Source of the DNA: Patescibacteria group bacterium
GTDB taxonomy: Bacteria; Patescibacteriota; Patescibacteriia; Patescibacteriales; UBA12465
DNA: 38,073 nucleotides
NCBI GenBank assembly: GCA_041679025.1
Contig: JBAYNC010000001.1
Location: forward strand, 1-38,073
Reading direction: 5' to 3'
Both the position numbers and the translations under genes were made by a program. A model generated the notes under the pieces. That model saw nothing but the letters and a program-made list of their open reading frames with translations. It was not told where the DNA came from and ran no database searches. Every line of letters starts with the position of its first letter. The first letter of the stretch is position 1. This document shows, in pieces, positions 7,515-15,832 of the stretch.

Positions 7515-10500
7515 ATGAGTCAAAGAACTAAATGGCTAATTTGTTTCTTGGTTTTTATCCTGGGATTATTTCTTAGTTTTAAGCCGGTTAGAGCGATGCC
7601 ACTGGGAACTCTTTTGTATCGCACTTCGTGGCGTAATAATGCCTATGGGTATAGCTCAAAAGATCTTCTAGTTATTGGAAAAAAAGGCCTAATAACCGAT
7701 CTTTATACTGGCCATGTCGGGATTTATATTGGCAAAGAAAATGGAATTGATTATGTGGCCGAAGCTTTGCCGAGCGGGTTGGTCAAGGTGCCAGCTAAGT
7801 ATTTTTTGAATACTCGAGCCGGAGAAAAATTGATTGGAGCTAAAATTCCTAAAAATATAACCGAAGAACAGCGGGAAAAAGTGATTACTCTGGCCCGAAG
7901 CTTAACTGACGCTAAAATGAAATATGATTTTGATTTCAAGCATCAGAAAGGATCAGAGAGCGGACAATGGACCTGCGTCGGATTTACAGAGAAGCTTTAT
8001 GAGAGTGCTAATACTGTTAATCCTAAAGATTTAAATACCTTGGTTTATAATCCGGATGAATATGGGATTGATATTACTCCCGATGGCTTTGACAATTATA
8101 GTGTCTATAATTCATCTGGTGATTGTTTCGCTACAACCAAAGAATTTTCTAAGATTTCTAAAAGGCGGAAAATGTTATTGCCGGCTCCGGAAATTATTGG
8201 TTATGATGCTGGCTTAGAAGAGGGGGTTGATCGTTATTTTTTTATTCCCCAGACTCAGTTTTTGCAACCAACATTGAGGGACGTTACCGTGGACATTGAG
8301 TTGGAGAGTGATTTTGATGACGCTGAGATTAGAGGTCAGGTGCCGCAATTGGCTTTAATTTTTAAATGGAGCTTGATTAATAATCCGAGTTCGAGTTTGA
8401 GGCAATTAGTTTTGGCGGCCAAGGAAAAGATTTCCAATTTATTTAAAGGTGACACTGCTTTAGCGGTAGTCACTTCGGAAGGTTCATCAACTTCTACTAA
8501 AAAAGTGGCTACTAGTACCACCAAGACAGTCGCTAAAGCTAAGACTACTAAAGCTTCTACTGCCAAAACTAGCACTGCCAAGAAGGCTAGTAATTCGCCT
8601 GTTCCTAAGGCGACCAATGTTTCTAAAAAGGTAGCAACTCCAACCATTAAGACAGTATCGCCTCGTTTAAATACCACAGTACAAACTAAAAAAGCTACTT
8701 CTAGTTTGCCGGCCATAACTCTTCCAGTTAACAATCCTGTTCCAGCGGTTAATCCGACGGTTAATAATTATAATACTACTGTGGTTAATAATCCTGAAGT
8801 AGAGACGAAACCTTTAATTTTGATTGGAGAGATTGGGGAGGATTGGATTGAGTTATATAATCCTAATGAGGAGGCAGTTGATTTAGCTGACGGTACTTAT
8901 CGCCTGGAAAAATCAAAGACAACTGTTGATCCGGGAATTATGGTTCGTTTTGGCAATGAGAGTGATGGCGCTTATCCAGGTGGAGTTGAAATTTCAGGTC
9001 TTGGTTCTTATTTAATAGTTGCCGCTGATGCTTCCAGTGAACTTCTGGCTTCGGCTCAAGCTATTGTTTCTAATAATAATTTTTCTTGGGGTGAAAATGG
9101 CTATACTATTTATTTGGGGGTGGGGGCAATTAGTAGTAATACCGATTCTGATATTATTGATTTTGTTGGATTTGGTTCAGAGGCTAGATACTTTGAAAAA
9201 AATCCGACCGCCTCTTTAATCCCTAATTCTATTTTAGTGCGTAAAGCTAATTCTAACTCTACGGTTGACACTTTAAGGTCTGGAGGAAGTGATGAATCTT
9301 TGGGGCATGCTTATGATACTAATAATAATCAATCTGATTTTGTTCTTCTTAATATGAATACAGTTGTAGTTATTGATCCTGAGGACGAGGAAATAATTGA
9401 TGATCCGGAAGATGAAGAAGGGATTGAAGATCCGGAAAACGAAGAAGGGGTTGATGAACCAATTTCTACTTCAACGGAAATTATTGTTAGCTCTACTCCG
9501 GTGATAATTATTTCTCGCGTCTCTGCTACGGGCGATGATGATTTTATTGATTTGTATAATGACGGTGATGAGGATTTTGACTTAGCTCAGAATAATTATC
9601 GCTTAGAGAAAGCTAAAACTGCTAGCGACCCGATGATTCTAATGCGAATTGGGAATGAAAATGATGGCACTTATCCGGGCGGAGTTGTTATTAAAGCTAA
9701 ATCATATTATCGGATTTTGCGAGACGATGCTAGTGGAGAATTACTAGCCACGGCTGATGCTATTGCAAGCGGCACTAATTTTACTTTTGATGGTTCTGGT
9801 TACAGTATCTATCTAGGGCTTGATAGTATTAGCACCCCGGATGATTTAGATATTTTGGATTTAGTTGGTTTTGGCTATGATGCTATCTATTATGAAGGCT
9901 CAGGGCCAGCTCCAGAAATATTGGAAGAAGGAATATTATCTCGGAAGGTAACAGCTACTTCTACTTCAGAGAGTATGGCCTTGGGTGGGCCAGAGTATGG
10001 TTTGGATGCGGCCTATGACAGTGATAACAATCAGTCCGATTTTGTTATTATTGGTGGCATAGAAAGCCCCAATGACTTTAGTGGCTATGATTCACCTGGT
10101 CTAGCTCATTTATGGCATTTTAACGAATGTCGCGGTAATATTTTGCAAGATTCGGTTGGCAGCAGTGATTTTAATGTAGCGACAACTTGGCGCGTGGGTA
10201 AATGGGGTTGTGTTTTTGAGCAGTTTTATAATCGACCAAAATTACAAACTAGTTTAGCTGAACCCCTAAGTAGCTCTGGCATCTCCGTCGCCTTTAACTA
10301 TCTAAATTCTTCCGGTTTAGGTCGAACTAATATTTCTTTGTCGGGAGATAAAGGAAAAATTGATGTTGTTTTTGATCCTAATTTTACCGAAGCTTCTGGT
10401 TTGCCGGATTTATTTCGTTCTACTAGCATCAAGTGGCCAGCTGATGGAGCTTGGCATCAAGGGGTTTTTGTTTTAAATGGCGCTAATGATTATTGGGAGC

Positions 10501-11330
10501 TCTATTTAGATGGAGAAAGAGTCCATCAACAATTTTTTGAAGCCATTTTTTCTAAAGATTTTAATAGTTTTGAGGTTGGAGATAATAATGGTTATAATTA
10601 TTTAGATGAGCTAGCGATTTGGCGCCGAGCTTTAGGCGGAGAAGAGATTCGAGCTATTTTTTTAGCTCAAAGCGAATTTGCTCCACTAGAGTTGCGGTCG
10701 GAACAATTAGCGCCCGTCAAAGTAAATCATTGGAGTTTTGATGAGCGAACGGATAATATCGCTGTTGATGATATTTCCGGTGATAATTTGCCCATTGATA
10801 TCAGCCAGTGGGTCAGAGTTGGCCATGATGGCGCCGCTATTTTGCATAACATGAACAAAAATCGAAAGATGGAAATCAGTTTTTCTGATGGTCTAAAAAG
10901 TGATGATTTGAGTTTGGATTTTTGGTGGCGCAACCGAAGTTATTCTAACGAAGCTCGAGGTACTATTAATTTGTTGAGCGGAACCAAAAAACTTTTTGGT
11001 TTGGTGGCTAGTCCTTATCGCCCCGGTTATTATTTTAATGGCAATTATGGCATGATTAGTCAGGGGTATGGATTAACCTTGCCTCATGATGATGCTTGGC
11101 ACCACGTAGCCCTGGTCTATGATTCTTATGATTATCAGTTAAATTTTTATGTTGATGGAGAGTTGAAATACACGATTTCGCAGACCTGGTTACTGGATGA
11201 AATAATTGACAAGTTGGAAATCTATAATGAGAATTGGGAGTATGAAATTGATGAGCTTAGTATCTGGCAGGGAGCTTTGAAAGCTTCCCAGGTTAAACAA
11301 ATTTACCAAAATGAAACAGGTGGTAATTAG
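7515..11330 (+). CDS. Secreted 1271-aa multidomain protein: signal peptide, permuted papain-like (YiiX/C92-like) amidase, S/T/K/A-rich linker, 2x lamin-tail domain (LTD), 2x LamG/ConA-like lectin domain
   Basis: Signal peptide aa 1-27 (VRA|M). His-before-Cys order in GHVGIYIG ... KYDFDFKHQ..QWTCVGFTEKLYESA (nt ~7596-8114). Low-complexity linker at nt 8478-8804. LTD1 LILIGEIGEDWIELYNPNEEAVDLADGTYRLEK (8808-9353). LTD2 VIIISRVSATGDDDFIDLYNDGDEDFDLAQNNYRLEK (9492-10052). LamG1 LAHLWHFNECRGNILQDSVGS...LDELAIWRRALGGEEIRAIF (10098-10670). LamG2 VNHWSFDERTDNIAVDDISGD...IDELSIWQGALKASQVKQIY (10716-11309). Confidence 0.85.
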   Translation: MSQRTKWLICFLVFILGLFLSFKPVRAMPLGTLLYRTSWRNNAYGYSSKDLLVIGKKGLITDLYTGHVGIYIGKENGIDYVAEALPSGLVKVPAKYFLNTRAGEKLIGAKIPKNITEEQREKVITLARSLTDAKMKYDFDFKHQKGSESGQWTCVGFTEKLYESANTVNPKDLNTLVYNPDEYGIDITPDGFDNYSVYNSSGDCFATTKEFSKISKRRKMLLPAPEIIGYDAGLEEGVDRYFFIPQTQFLQPTLRDVTVDIELESDFDDAEIRGQVPQLALIFKWSLINNPSSSLRQLVLAAKEKISNLFKGDTALAVVTSEGSSTSTKKVATSTTKTVAKAKTTKASTAKTSTAKKASNSPVPKATNVSKKVATPTIKTVSPRLNTTVQTKKATSSLPAITLPVNNPVPAVNPTVNNYNTTVVNNPEVETKPLILIGEIGEDWIELYNPNEEAVDLADGTYRLEKSKTTVDPGIMVRFGNESDGAYPGGVEISGLGSYLIVAADASSELLASAQAIVSNNNFSWGENGYTIYLGVGAISSNTDSDIIDFVGFGSEARYFEKNPTASLIPNSILVRKANSNSTVDTLRSGGSDESLGHAYDTNNNQSDFVLLNMNTVVVIDPEDEEIIDDPEDEEGIEDPENEEGVDEPISTSTEIIVSSTPVIIISRVSATGDDDFIDLYNDGDEDFDLAQNNYRLEKAKTASDPMILMRIGNENDGTYPGGVVIKAKSYYRILRDDASGELLATADAIASGTNFTFDGSGYSIYLGLDSISTPDDLDILDLVGFGYDAIYYEGSGPAPEILEEGILSRKVTATSTSESMALGGPEYGLDAAYDSDNNQSDFVIIGGIESPNDFSGYDSPGLAHLWHFNECRGNILQDSVGSSDFNVATTWRVGKWGCVFEQFYNRPKLQTSLAEPLSSSGISVAFNYLNSSGLGRTNISLSGDKGKIDVVFDPNFTEASGLPDLFRSTSIKWPADGAWHQGVFVLNGANDYWELYLDGERVHQQFFEAIFSKDFNSFEVGDNNGYNYLDELAIWRRALGGEEIRAIFLAQSEFAPLELRSEQLAPVKVNHWSFDERTDNIAVDDISGDNLPIDISQWVRVGHDGAAILHNMNKNRKMEISFSDGLKSDDLSLDFWWRNRSYSNEARGTINLLSGTKKLFGLVASPYRPGYYFNGNYGMISQGYGLTLPHDDAWHHVALVYDSYDYQLNFYVDGELKYTISQTWLLDEIIDKLEIYNENWEYEIDELSIWQGALKASQVKQIYQNETGGN
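9375..9455 (+). repeat. 3 x 27-nt in-frame tandem repeat encoding an acidic DPE(D/N)EE linker
   Basis: gatcctgaggacgaggaaataattgat / gatccggaagatgaagaagggattgaa / gatccggaaaacgaagaaggggttgat. Lies between the two LTD copies. Confidence 0.9.
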
Positions 11331-11360
11331 TTTTGCTGGTCAGAATTAAGAGGAAATAAG

Positions 11361-11386
11361 AGCCCCTTAGATTAAGGGGCTTTTAT
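11361..11386 (+). terminator. Rho-independent terminator of the giant gene
   Basis: Perfect 9-bp stem AGCCCCTTA / TAAGGGGCT, loop GAT, then TTTTATT. Confidence 0.85.
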
Positions 11387-11392
11387 TGTGTG

Positions 11393-11421
11393 TTGACAAA
11401 AATGAATGCTTGTGCCAGAAT
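11393..11421 (+). promoter_or_regulatory. Sigma70-like promoter for the 11476 ORF
   Basis: TTGACA (11393-11398), 17-nt spacer ending in TGc, then CAGAAT (11416-11421). Confidence 0.5.
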
Positions 11422-11475
11422 TATTTTATTGATCTTTAAAAATTAGTATTAATTTTACATAAAAATATCTGAACT

Positions 11476-12033
11476 ATGAAAATAGAAATTTCCGATTTAC
11501 AGTTATTGTTGGCTGCTATAGAAAACAAGGGTATGCCAATTTCTGCTGCCATTGCTCTTATTAATGGCAGCGTTAAGTCAAAAAAGGTTAGAGTCAAAGC
11601 ACCTATTAAGCTCACCGTTGATTATGCTAAAACTGTCAACCAGGCGGTGGCTGATGGCAAATACAATGCAGCAAATAATGATATTTCCAGTGAAAATTTT
11701 CCTGTTCCGGGCGAACTCATTGGAAAAAAGGTTAAAATATCGGGGAAAATATTCCACTTTAACCGTGGTATCAGTAGCGAAGATGTTATTAAAGAAATGG
11801 ATGAAGCCGAGTTTAGGCCTGCCACCTTAATGGAGCTGTTAGCTTTCGGTGCCGCTTATCCCGAACTGCAAAAACAATATTCGATTATTGCTCTCGGTTC
11901 TTTCTGGATCGATTACGATCGTCGTCGCTATGTTCCGTATCTTGGTAAGGATAGTGTTGATCGTCGGCTCGATCTCGACCAGTTTGGGAATGATTGGCGT
12001 GCCTGGTATCGTTTTTTCGGTGTCCGTAAGTAA
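11476..12033 (+). CDS. Hypothetical protein (185 aa, ORFan-like; stand-alone transcription unit)
   Basis: Longest ORF in the region, with its own promoter and terminator. No motif I can assign. The C-terminal half is FRPATLMELLAFGAAYPELQKQYSIIALGSFWIDYDRRRYVPYLG...WRAWYRFFGVRK. More CTC/CTG/C-ending codons than its neighbours. Confidence 0.6.
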   Translation: MKIEISDLQLLLAAIENKGMPISAAIALINGSVKSKKVRVKAPIKLTVDYAKTVNQAVADGKYNAANNDISSENFPVPGELIGKKVKISGKIFHFNRGISSEDVIKEMDEAEFRPATLMELLAFGAAYPELQKQYSIIALGSFWIDYDRRRYVPYLGKDSVDRRLDLDQFGNDWRAWYRFFGVRK

Positions 12034-12103
12034 GCTCTTTTCCATTTGGGTCCTTGGCTCTTTCCCTCGGACCCTTGATTTCTTGGCCCTTAAAATACAA
12101 TTT

Positions 12104-12140
12104 AATCCCGCCCCTACAATGAAGCGGGATTTTTATTTTT
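12104..12140 (+). terminator. Terminator between convergent genes (clear for the + strand, weaker for the - strand)
   Basis: Stem AATCCCGC (12104-12111) / GCGGGATT (12124-12131), 12-nt loop, then TTTTATTTTTTT. Confidence 0.7.
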
Positions 12141-12158
12141 TTAACAATAAGGCGTTTT

Positions 12159-13064
12159 TTATTTTTCTATAACCTTGAGAGCTTTTTGGAGAGGGAAGTC
12201 GTGGTAAATAATTCCAGCGATGGCTTTAGCCATTTTTATAGCCTCTGGTAATGAATATTGGTGGAGGTTGCGTCCGATGGCACTACCGGCAGTTTGAGCG
12301 ATATGAATTTGTTGGTCAATATTTTTTAATAATTCTTGTGGGCTTAATTTTGATCCGCCGACGCAAATTACTTTAGTGCGTCCAGCAGCAGCGACTACAG
12401 TTTTAAATTGTTTGGCGGTTTCCTCTTTTCCAGTATAGGGATATTTGACCTTTACAAAGTCAGCTCCGAGGCAGGCAGCTACTCCGGCTCCACCGGCGAT
12501 AATATTAATATCATCTTCATTCGGAACATTTTTTCCTCGGGGATACATCCAGATTATTGTCAGAAGTCCTTGTTGATGAGCATCTTTAATTATCTGGGCC
12601 GCTTCTTTTAGCATTTCTGATTCATATTCTCCGCCCAAATAGACTGTGTAGCCAACACCAACAATATTGAGCTTGCTCTGTTTTTTGAAACGACCGACAT
12701 CTTCTAAGTCATACCAACCGTAGCTTATGGGGTCATGATCTTTAATTGAAGCTAGGTTGGTCCTAGAGTTTAATTTCACGACATAGGGGATGCCCTGGTA
12801 ATCAGGTCCATATTTATCAATTAATCCTAGTTGAGTAGCGAAAACTCCGATTTCGGACTGACTGGCAATTTTAAAGAGGTGTTCTGGGTCTTGATCCTCT
12901 AGGGAAATATCATCCCCGGCAAAATCATCATTTAAATGTTCTACTTTTTGGTCTCCGGCAAACAGAAAAAGTCGTCCGGTGCCCTTGGTAGCGAGGCGGT
13001 AATTCTTGGTGTATTCCTTAGCCATAGGGCTTGGGACGGTCAGTGGTACGTTAACTTTAAGCAT
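12159..13064 (-). CDS. Class I fructose-bisphosphate aldolase, DhnA/archaeal type (FbaB-like)
   Basis: 301 aa. TIM-barrel pattern with GADFVKVKYP (Schiff-base Lys context) and GGSK...AGSAIGRN near the C-terminus, typical of the DhnA-family aldolase / ADH synthase group. Confidence 0.75.
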   Translation of the reverse strand: MLKVNVPLTVPSPMAKEYTKNYRLATKGTGRLFLFAGDQKVEHLNDDFAGDDISLEDQDPEHLFKIASQSEIGVFATQLGLIDKYGPDYQGIPYVVKLNSRTNLASIKDHDPISYGWYDLEDVGRFKKQSKLNIVGVGYTVYLGGEYESEMLKEAAQIIKDAHQQGLLTIIWMYPRGKNVPNEDDINIIAGGAGVAACLGADFVKVKYPYTGKEETAKQFKTVVAAAGRTKVICVGGSKLSPQELLKNIDQQIHIAQTAGSAIGRNLHQYSLPEAIKMAKAIAGIIYHDFPLQKALKVIEK

Positions 13065-13092
13065 ATGGTTATTTTATAAATTATATTTATTA

Positions 13093-13101
13093 TGCTATAA
13101 T
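13093..13101 (+). promoter_or_regulatory. Extended -10 element TGCTATAAT
   Basis: Exact TGnTATAAT. Lies 11 nt upstream of TTG 13113 and 26 nt upstream of ATG 13128. Confidence 0.5.
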
Positions 13102-13112
13102 TATACCATAAT

Positions 13113-14033
13113 TTGTTAAATAATCATATGGTCAAAAATAATTTAAATAAAGACTTAGATTTAAATCGCTACCAGGATTTAGGCGGAATAACTACTAAGA
13201 AGCTGAATTTAGGGCTTTGGATAGTGTCTCATAAGCGTCGATTTGTATTGGGAGTGATTGGCTTTCTAATCGCCATCTCGGCTATTTTTTATGGCTATTC
13301 TCTTTACCAGTATGTGGATTATTTGTTTTTTGGTGGAGCTCTCGAGCGTCTTTCATTGGAACAAATGGCTACAACTTCAGCGCTTGATGAGGCTCAGAGG
13401 ATAAAAAATACAGCTTTAAAGTTAGAGGGGTTTGCTCCTCAAATTTTGCCTAATAATGGTAAATATGATTTTTTAGCCAAGGTCAAAAATCCAAATCCAA
13501 ACTTTTTTGCTACCTTCAATTATTGTTTTACAGATGGAACAACCGAGTTAGCTTGTGGTTTGGATTTTATTCTGCCATCTGAAACTAAATATGTAGCGGT
13601 ATACTCGGTTGATCTAAAGTTTAAATCTTCCGGCGCTTCCTTTGTTGTTAAGGATGTTAATTGGCAACGTCTAGATTTACATCAATATCCAGATTGGAAT
13701 ACTTTTTCTGCTAGTCGCCTTAATTTTTTAGTTGAAAATGCTGCTTTCAAAACATCAGAAGCTAGTGGCTTATCAGAAAAAATTGGTTTAGATATTTTGA
13801 CTTTTGATATTAGTAACAAGACGGCCTACAATTATTGGGAGGTACCTCTAAACATTATTCTGCTGGTCGGTGGAACTCCGGTTGCCGTTAACCATCACTC
13901 CCTGAATGAATTTATGTCCGGAGATCAGAAGTCAGTTCGTTTGGCTTGGCCTGATTCTGTTCCTCGGCCGGATCAAATCTCAGTTATTCCTAATTTAAAT
14001 ATTGTTGATGATAATATCTTCATGAAGTATTAA
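13113..14033 (+). CDS. Hypothetical single-pass membrane protein with an extracytoplasmic domain (start may be ATG 13128)
   Basis: The ORF-track start is TTG. An ATG lies 5 codons in (MVKNN...). TM at FVLGVIGFLIAISAIFYGYSLY. Sits immediately upstream of the SEDS gene. Confidence 0.6.
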   Translation: MLNNHMVKNNLNKDLDLNRYQDLGGITTKKLNLGLWIVSHKRRFVLGVIGFLIAISAIFYGYSLYQYVDYLFFGGALERLSLEQMATTSALDEAQRIKNTALKLEGFAPQILPNNGKYDFLAKVKNPNPNFFATFNYCFTDGTTELACGLDFILPSETKYVAVYSVDLKFKSSGASFVVKDVNWQRLDLHQYPDWNTFSASRLNFLVENAAFKTSEASGLSEKIGLDILTFDISNKTAYNYWEVPLNIILLVGGTPVAVNHHSLNEFMSGDQKSVRLAWPDSVPRPDQISVIPNLNIVDDNIFMKY

Positions 14034-14039
14034 AAGCTT

Positions 14040-15140
14040 ATGTTGAGTCGGATAAAATTATACTTAAAAAATCTGGATTGGTTATTATTTGTTTCTGTTT
14101 TACTCTTAGCCATTTTTGGCTTAATTGAAATTTATAGTATTGCCTTAGGCCAGGGGAGTGCTGATTTGCTTGATTTTAAAAAGCAGGTATTTTTTATTGG
14201 TCTGGGAGTGTTATTATTATTTATTTTTTCTTTTATTGATTTTCAGTTCTTAAAGAGTATTAATCATTATCTTTATATTGGTGGCATTTTATTCTTAACC
14301 TCGGTTCTTTTAGTGGGTGATACTATCAAGGGGACTAAGGGTTGGTTTAATATTCTGGGATTTGGTATTCAGCCGGTTGAGATTATTAAGATTATTCTGA
14401 TAATATTTTTGGCCCGATTATTTTCGACCGCTACTTTTAAAACTCGACCGCTGAAATATTTTATCATTTCAGGTCTAAGTACTTTGGGCTTGGTGGCTCT
14501 AGTTTTAGCTCAACCTGATTTTGGCTCGGCTTTAATTTTGCTCTTTATTTGGGTCTTCATGTTAATTGTGGCTGGTTTTGATAAAAAGTATTTTATCGTT
14601 ATCTTCTTGGCTTCTGCGATAGTTTTTACTAGTGCCTGGTTATTTTTTTTCAAAGATTATCAGAAGGAGAGAATTCTGACTTTCTTAAACCCTACCTATA
14701 ATTCTCAAAATCAAGGGTATAATATTTCTCAGGCTATAATCGCGGTTGGCTCAGGTGGGCTTACCGGTCGGGGTGTTGGTTTTGGCTCTCAGTCGCAATT
14801 GAAATTCTTGCCCGAGTCTCACACTGACTTTATCTTTGCCGTTATTGCTGAGGAGCTAGGATTCATGGGAATTGTCCTTTTACTAGTCTTTTATGGCTTA
14901 TTCTTCCTATCTTCGCTAAATGCCATCAGGAAGAGTAAGGATGATTTTGCCATTTTCTTCATTTTGGGATCCTTGGGCTTGATTTTTATTGAAATGTTTA
15001 TTAATATTGGTATGAATATTGGGCTCATGCCGGTGGTCGGTATTTCCTTGCCTTTTATCAGCTATGGCGGTAGTTCTATCGTGGCTAGCTTTATACTGAT
15101 AGGGATTATTCAAAATATTATCATTAAGTCTAAGATTTAA
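14040..15140 (+). CDS. SEDS-family peptidoglycan glycosyltransferase (FtsW/RodA)
   Basis: About 10 TM helices. Conserved QPDFGSALI, GSGGLTGRGVGFGSQSQLKFLPESHTDFIFAVIAEELGF, and LPFISYGGSS. Confidence 0.9.
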   Translation: MLSRIKLYLKNLDWLLFVSVLLLAIFGLIEIYSIALGQGSADLLDFKKQVFFIGLGVLLLFIFSFIDFQFLKSINHYLYIGGILFLTSVLLVGDTIKGTKGWFNILGFGIQPVEIIKIILIIFLARLFSTATFKTRPLKYFIISGLSTLGLVALVLAQPDFGSALILLFIWVFMLIVAGFDKKYFIVIFLASAIVFTSAWLFFFKDYQKERILTFLNPTYNSQNQGYNISQAIIAVGSGGLTGRGVGFGSQSQLKFLPESHTDFIFAVIAEELGFMGIVLLLVFYGLFFLSSLNAIRKSKDDFAIFFILGSLGLIFIEMFINIGMNIGLMPVVGISLPFISYGGSSIVASFILIGIIQNIIIKSKI

Positions 15141-15146
15141 AATTGT

Positions 15147-15770
15147 ATGGAAATCAAATTAATAGCGCAAGCTAGAGAACTAAAGGAGAAGTTAGCTAAA
15201 GATTTTATTCCGGCTGTTTTATACGGTCCGGGGTTAGCTAATCAAAATTTGAAGTTAAGAAGAGTTGATTTAGAGAAGGCTGTGGCTGCCGGTGGCCAAT
15301 CTACTTTGGTGGACTTGGAAATTGATGGCGGAAAATCAGTTCAGGTCTTATTAAAAGATTTGCAATTTCATCCTTTGAAAAACACTATTCGTCACGTTGA
15401 TCTTTATCAGGTTGATATGAAGAAAAAAATTACTACCGAAATTCCTCTCAAGTTTATTGGTGAGTCTAAAGCTGTGAAGGAATTGGGTGGTATGTTGGTT
15501 AAGAATATGGATGCTATCGAAGTGGAATGTTTGCCAACTGACATGATCAGTTCTTTGGATATTGATATTTCAGTTTTGAAAGAAATTCATGATTCTGTTA
15601 AGGTTGGTGATTTGAAACTCCCAGCTAGTATGCACATCTTAAATGATTTGGATACTGATATTGTTACTGTAGTAGATCAAGAAGTTGAAGTTGCTGCTCC
15701 AGTTGCGGCTGCTCCAGTTGCGGCTGCTCCAGTTGCTGCTCCAGCTGAAGCCAAGAAAGAAAAGAAATAA
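15147..15770 (+). CDS. rplY: 50S ribosomal protein L25 (Ctc form) with an Ala/Pro-rich C-terminal tail
   Basis: IPAVLYGPG...LLKDLQFHPLKNTIRHVDLYQV matches the L25/Ctc N-domain. The second beta domain follows, then the tail (APVAA)x3 PAEAKKEKK. Confidence 0.9.
   Translation: MEIKLIAQARELKEKLAKDFIPAVLYGPGLANQNLKLRRVDLEKAVAAGGQSTLVDLEIDGGKSVQVLLKDLQFHPLKNTIRHVDLYQVDMKKKITTEIPLKFIGESKAVKELGGMLVKNMDAIEVECLPTDMISSLDIDISVLKEIHDSVKVGDLKLPASMHILNDLDTDIVTVVDQEVEVAAPVAAAPVAAAPVAAPAEAKKEKK
15693..15746 (+). repeat. 15-nt in-frame tandem repeat (~3.5 copies) encoding (AAPVA)n
   Basis: gctgctccagttgcg repeated at 15693, 15708 and 15723, followed by a partial copy. Confidence 0.9.
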
Positions 15771-15790
15771 AGTTTACTTTTAGATAATAA

Positions 15791-15821
15791 AAAAATACTC
15801 CGATAGCGGAGTATTTTTTTT
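15791..15821. terminator. Bidirectional terminator between rplY (+) and prmC (-)
   Basis: A-tract, stem TACTCCG (15796-15802) / CGGAGTA (15807-15813), loop ATAG, then T8. Confidence 0.85.
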
Positions 15822-15832
15822 ATTAGTTTAAT

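Noticed and set aside
8336-8734. 132-aa ORF antisense to the giant gene
   Set aside because: It lies opposite the low-complexity S/T/K/A linker, whose biased codons (act/gct/aaa/aag) remove stops on the opposite strand. Its translation is low-complexity (LVLAVEALVVLALATVLVVLVA) and it has no promoter or start context.
10098-11309. Diversity-generating retroelement targeting the lectin-like C-terminus of the giant protein
   Set aside because: DGRs need a reverse transcriptase and a template repeat near the variable repeat. Neither an RT ORF nor a second near-identical copy of the 3' end of the gene is present in the window.
11552-12172. Overlapping ORFs in other frames around the 11476 gene, and the idea that 11849-12172 is a frameshifted continuation
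   Set aside because: The +2-frame ORF reads through the terminator hairpin and translates to low-information sequence. The 11476 frame ends cleanly 70 nt before the terminator.
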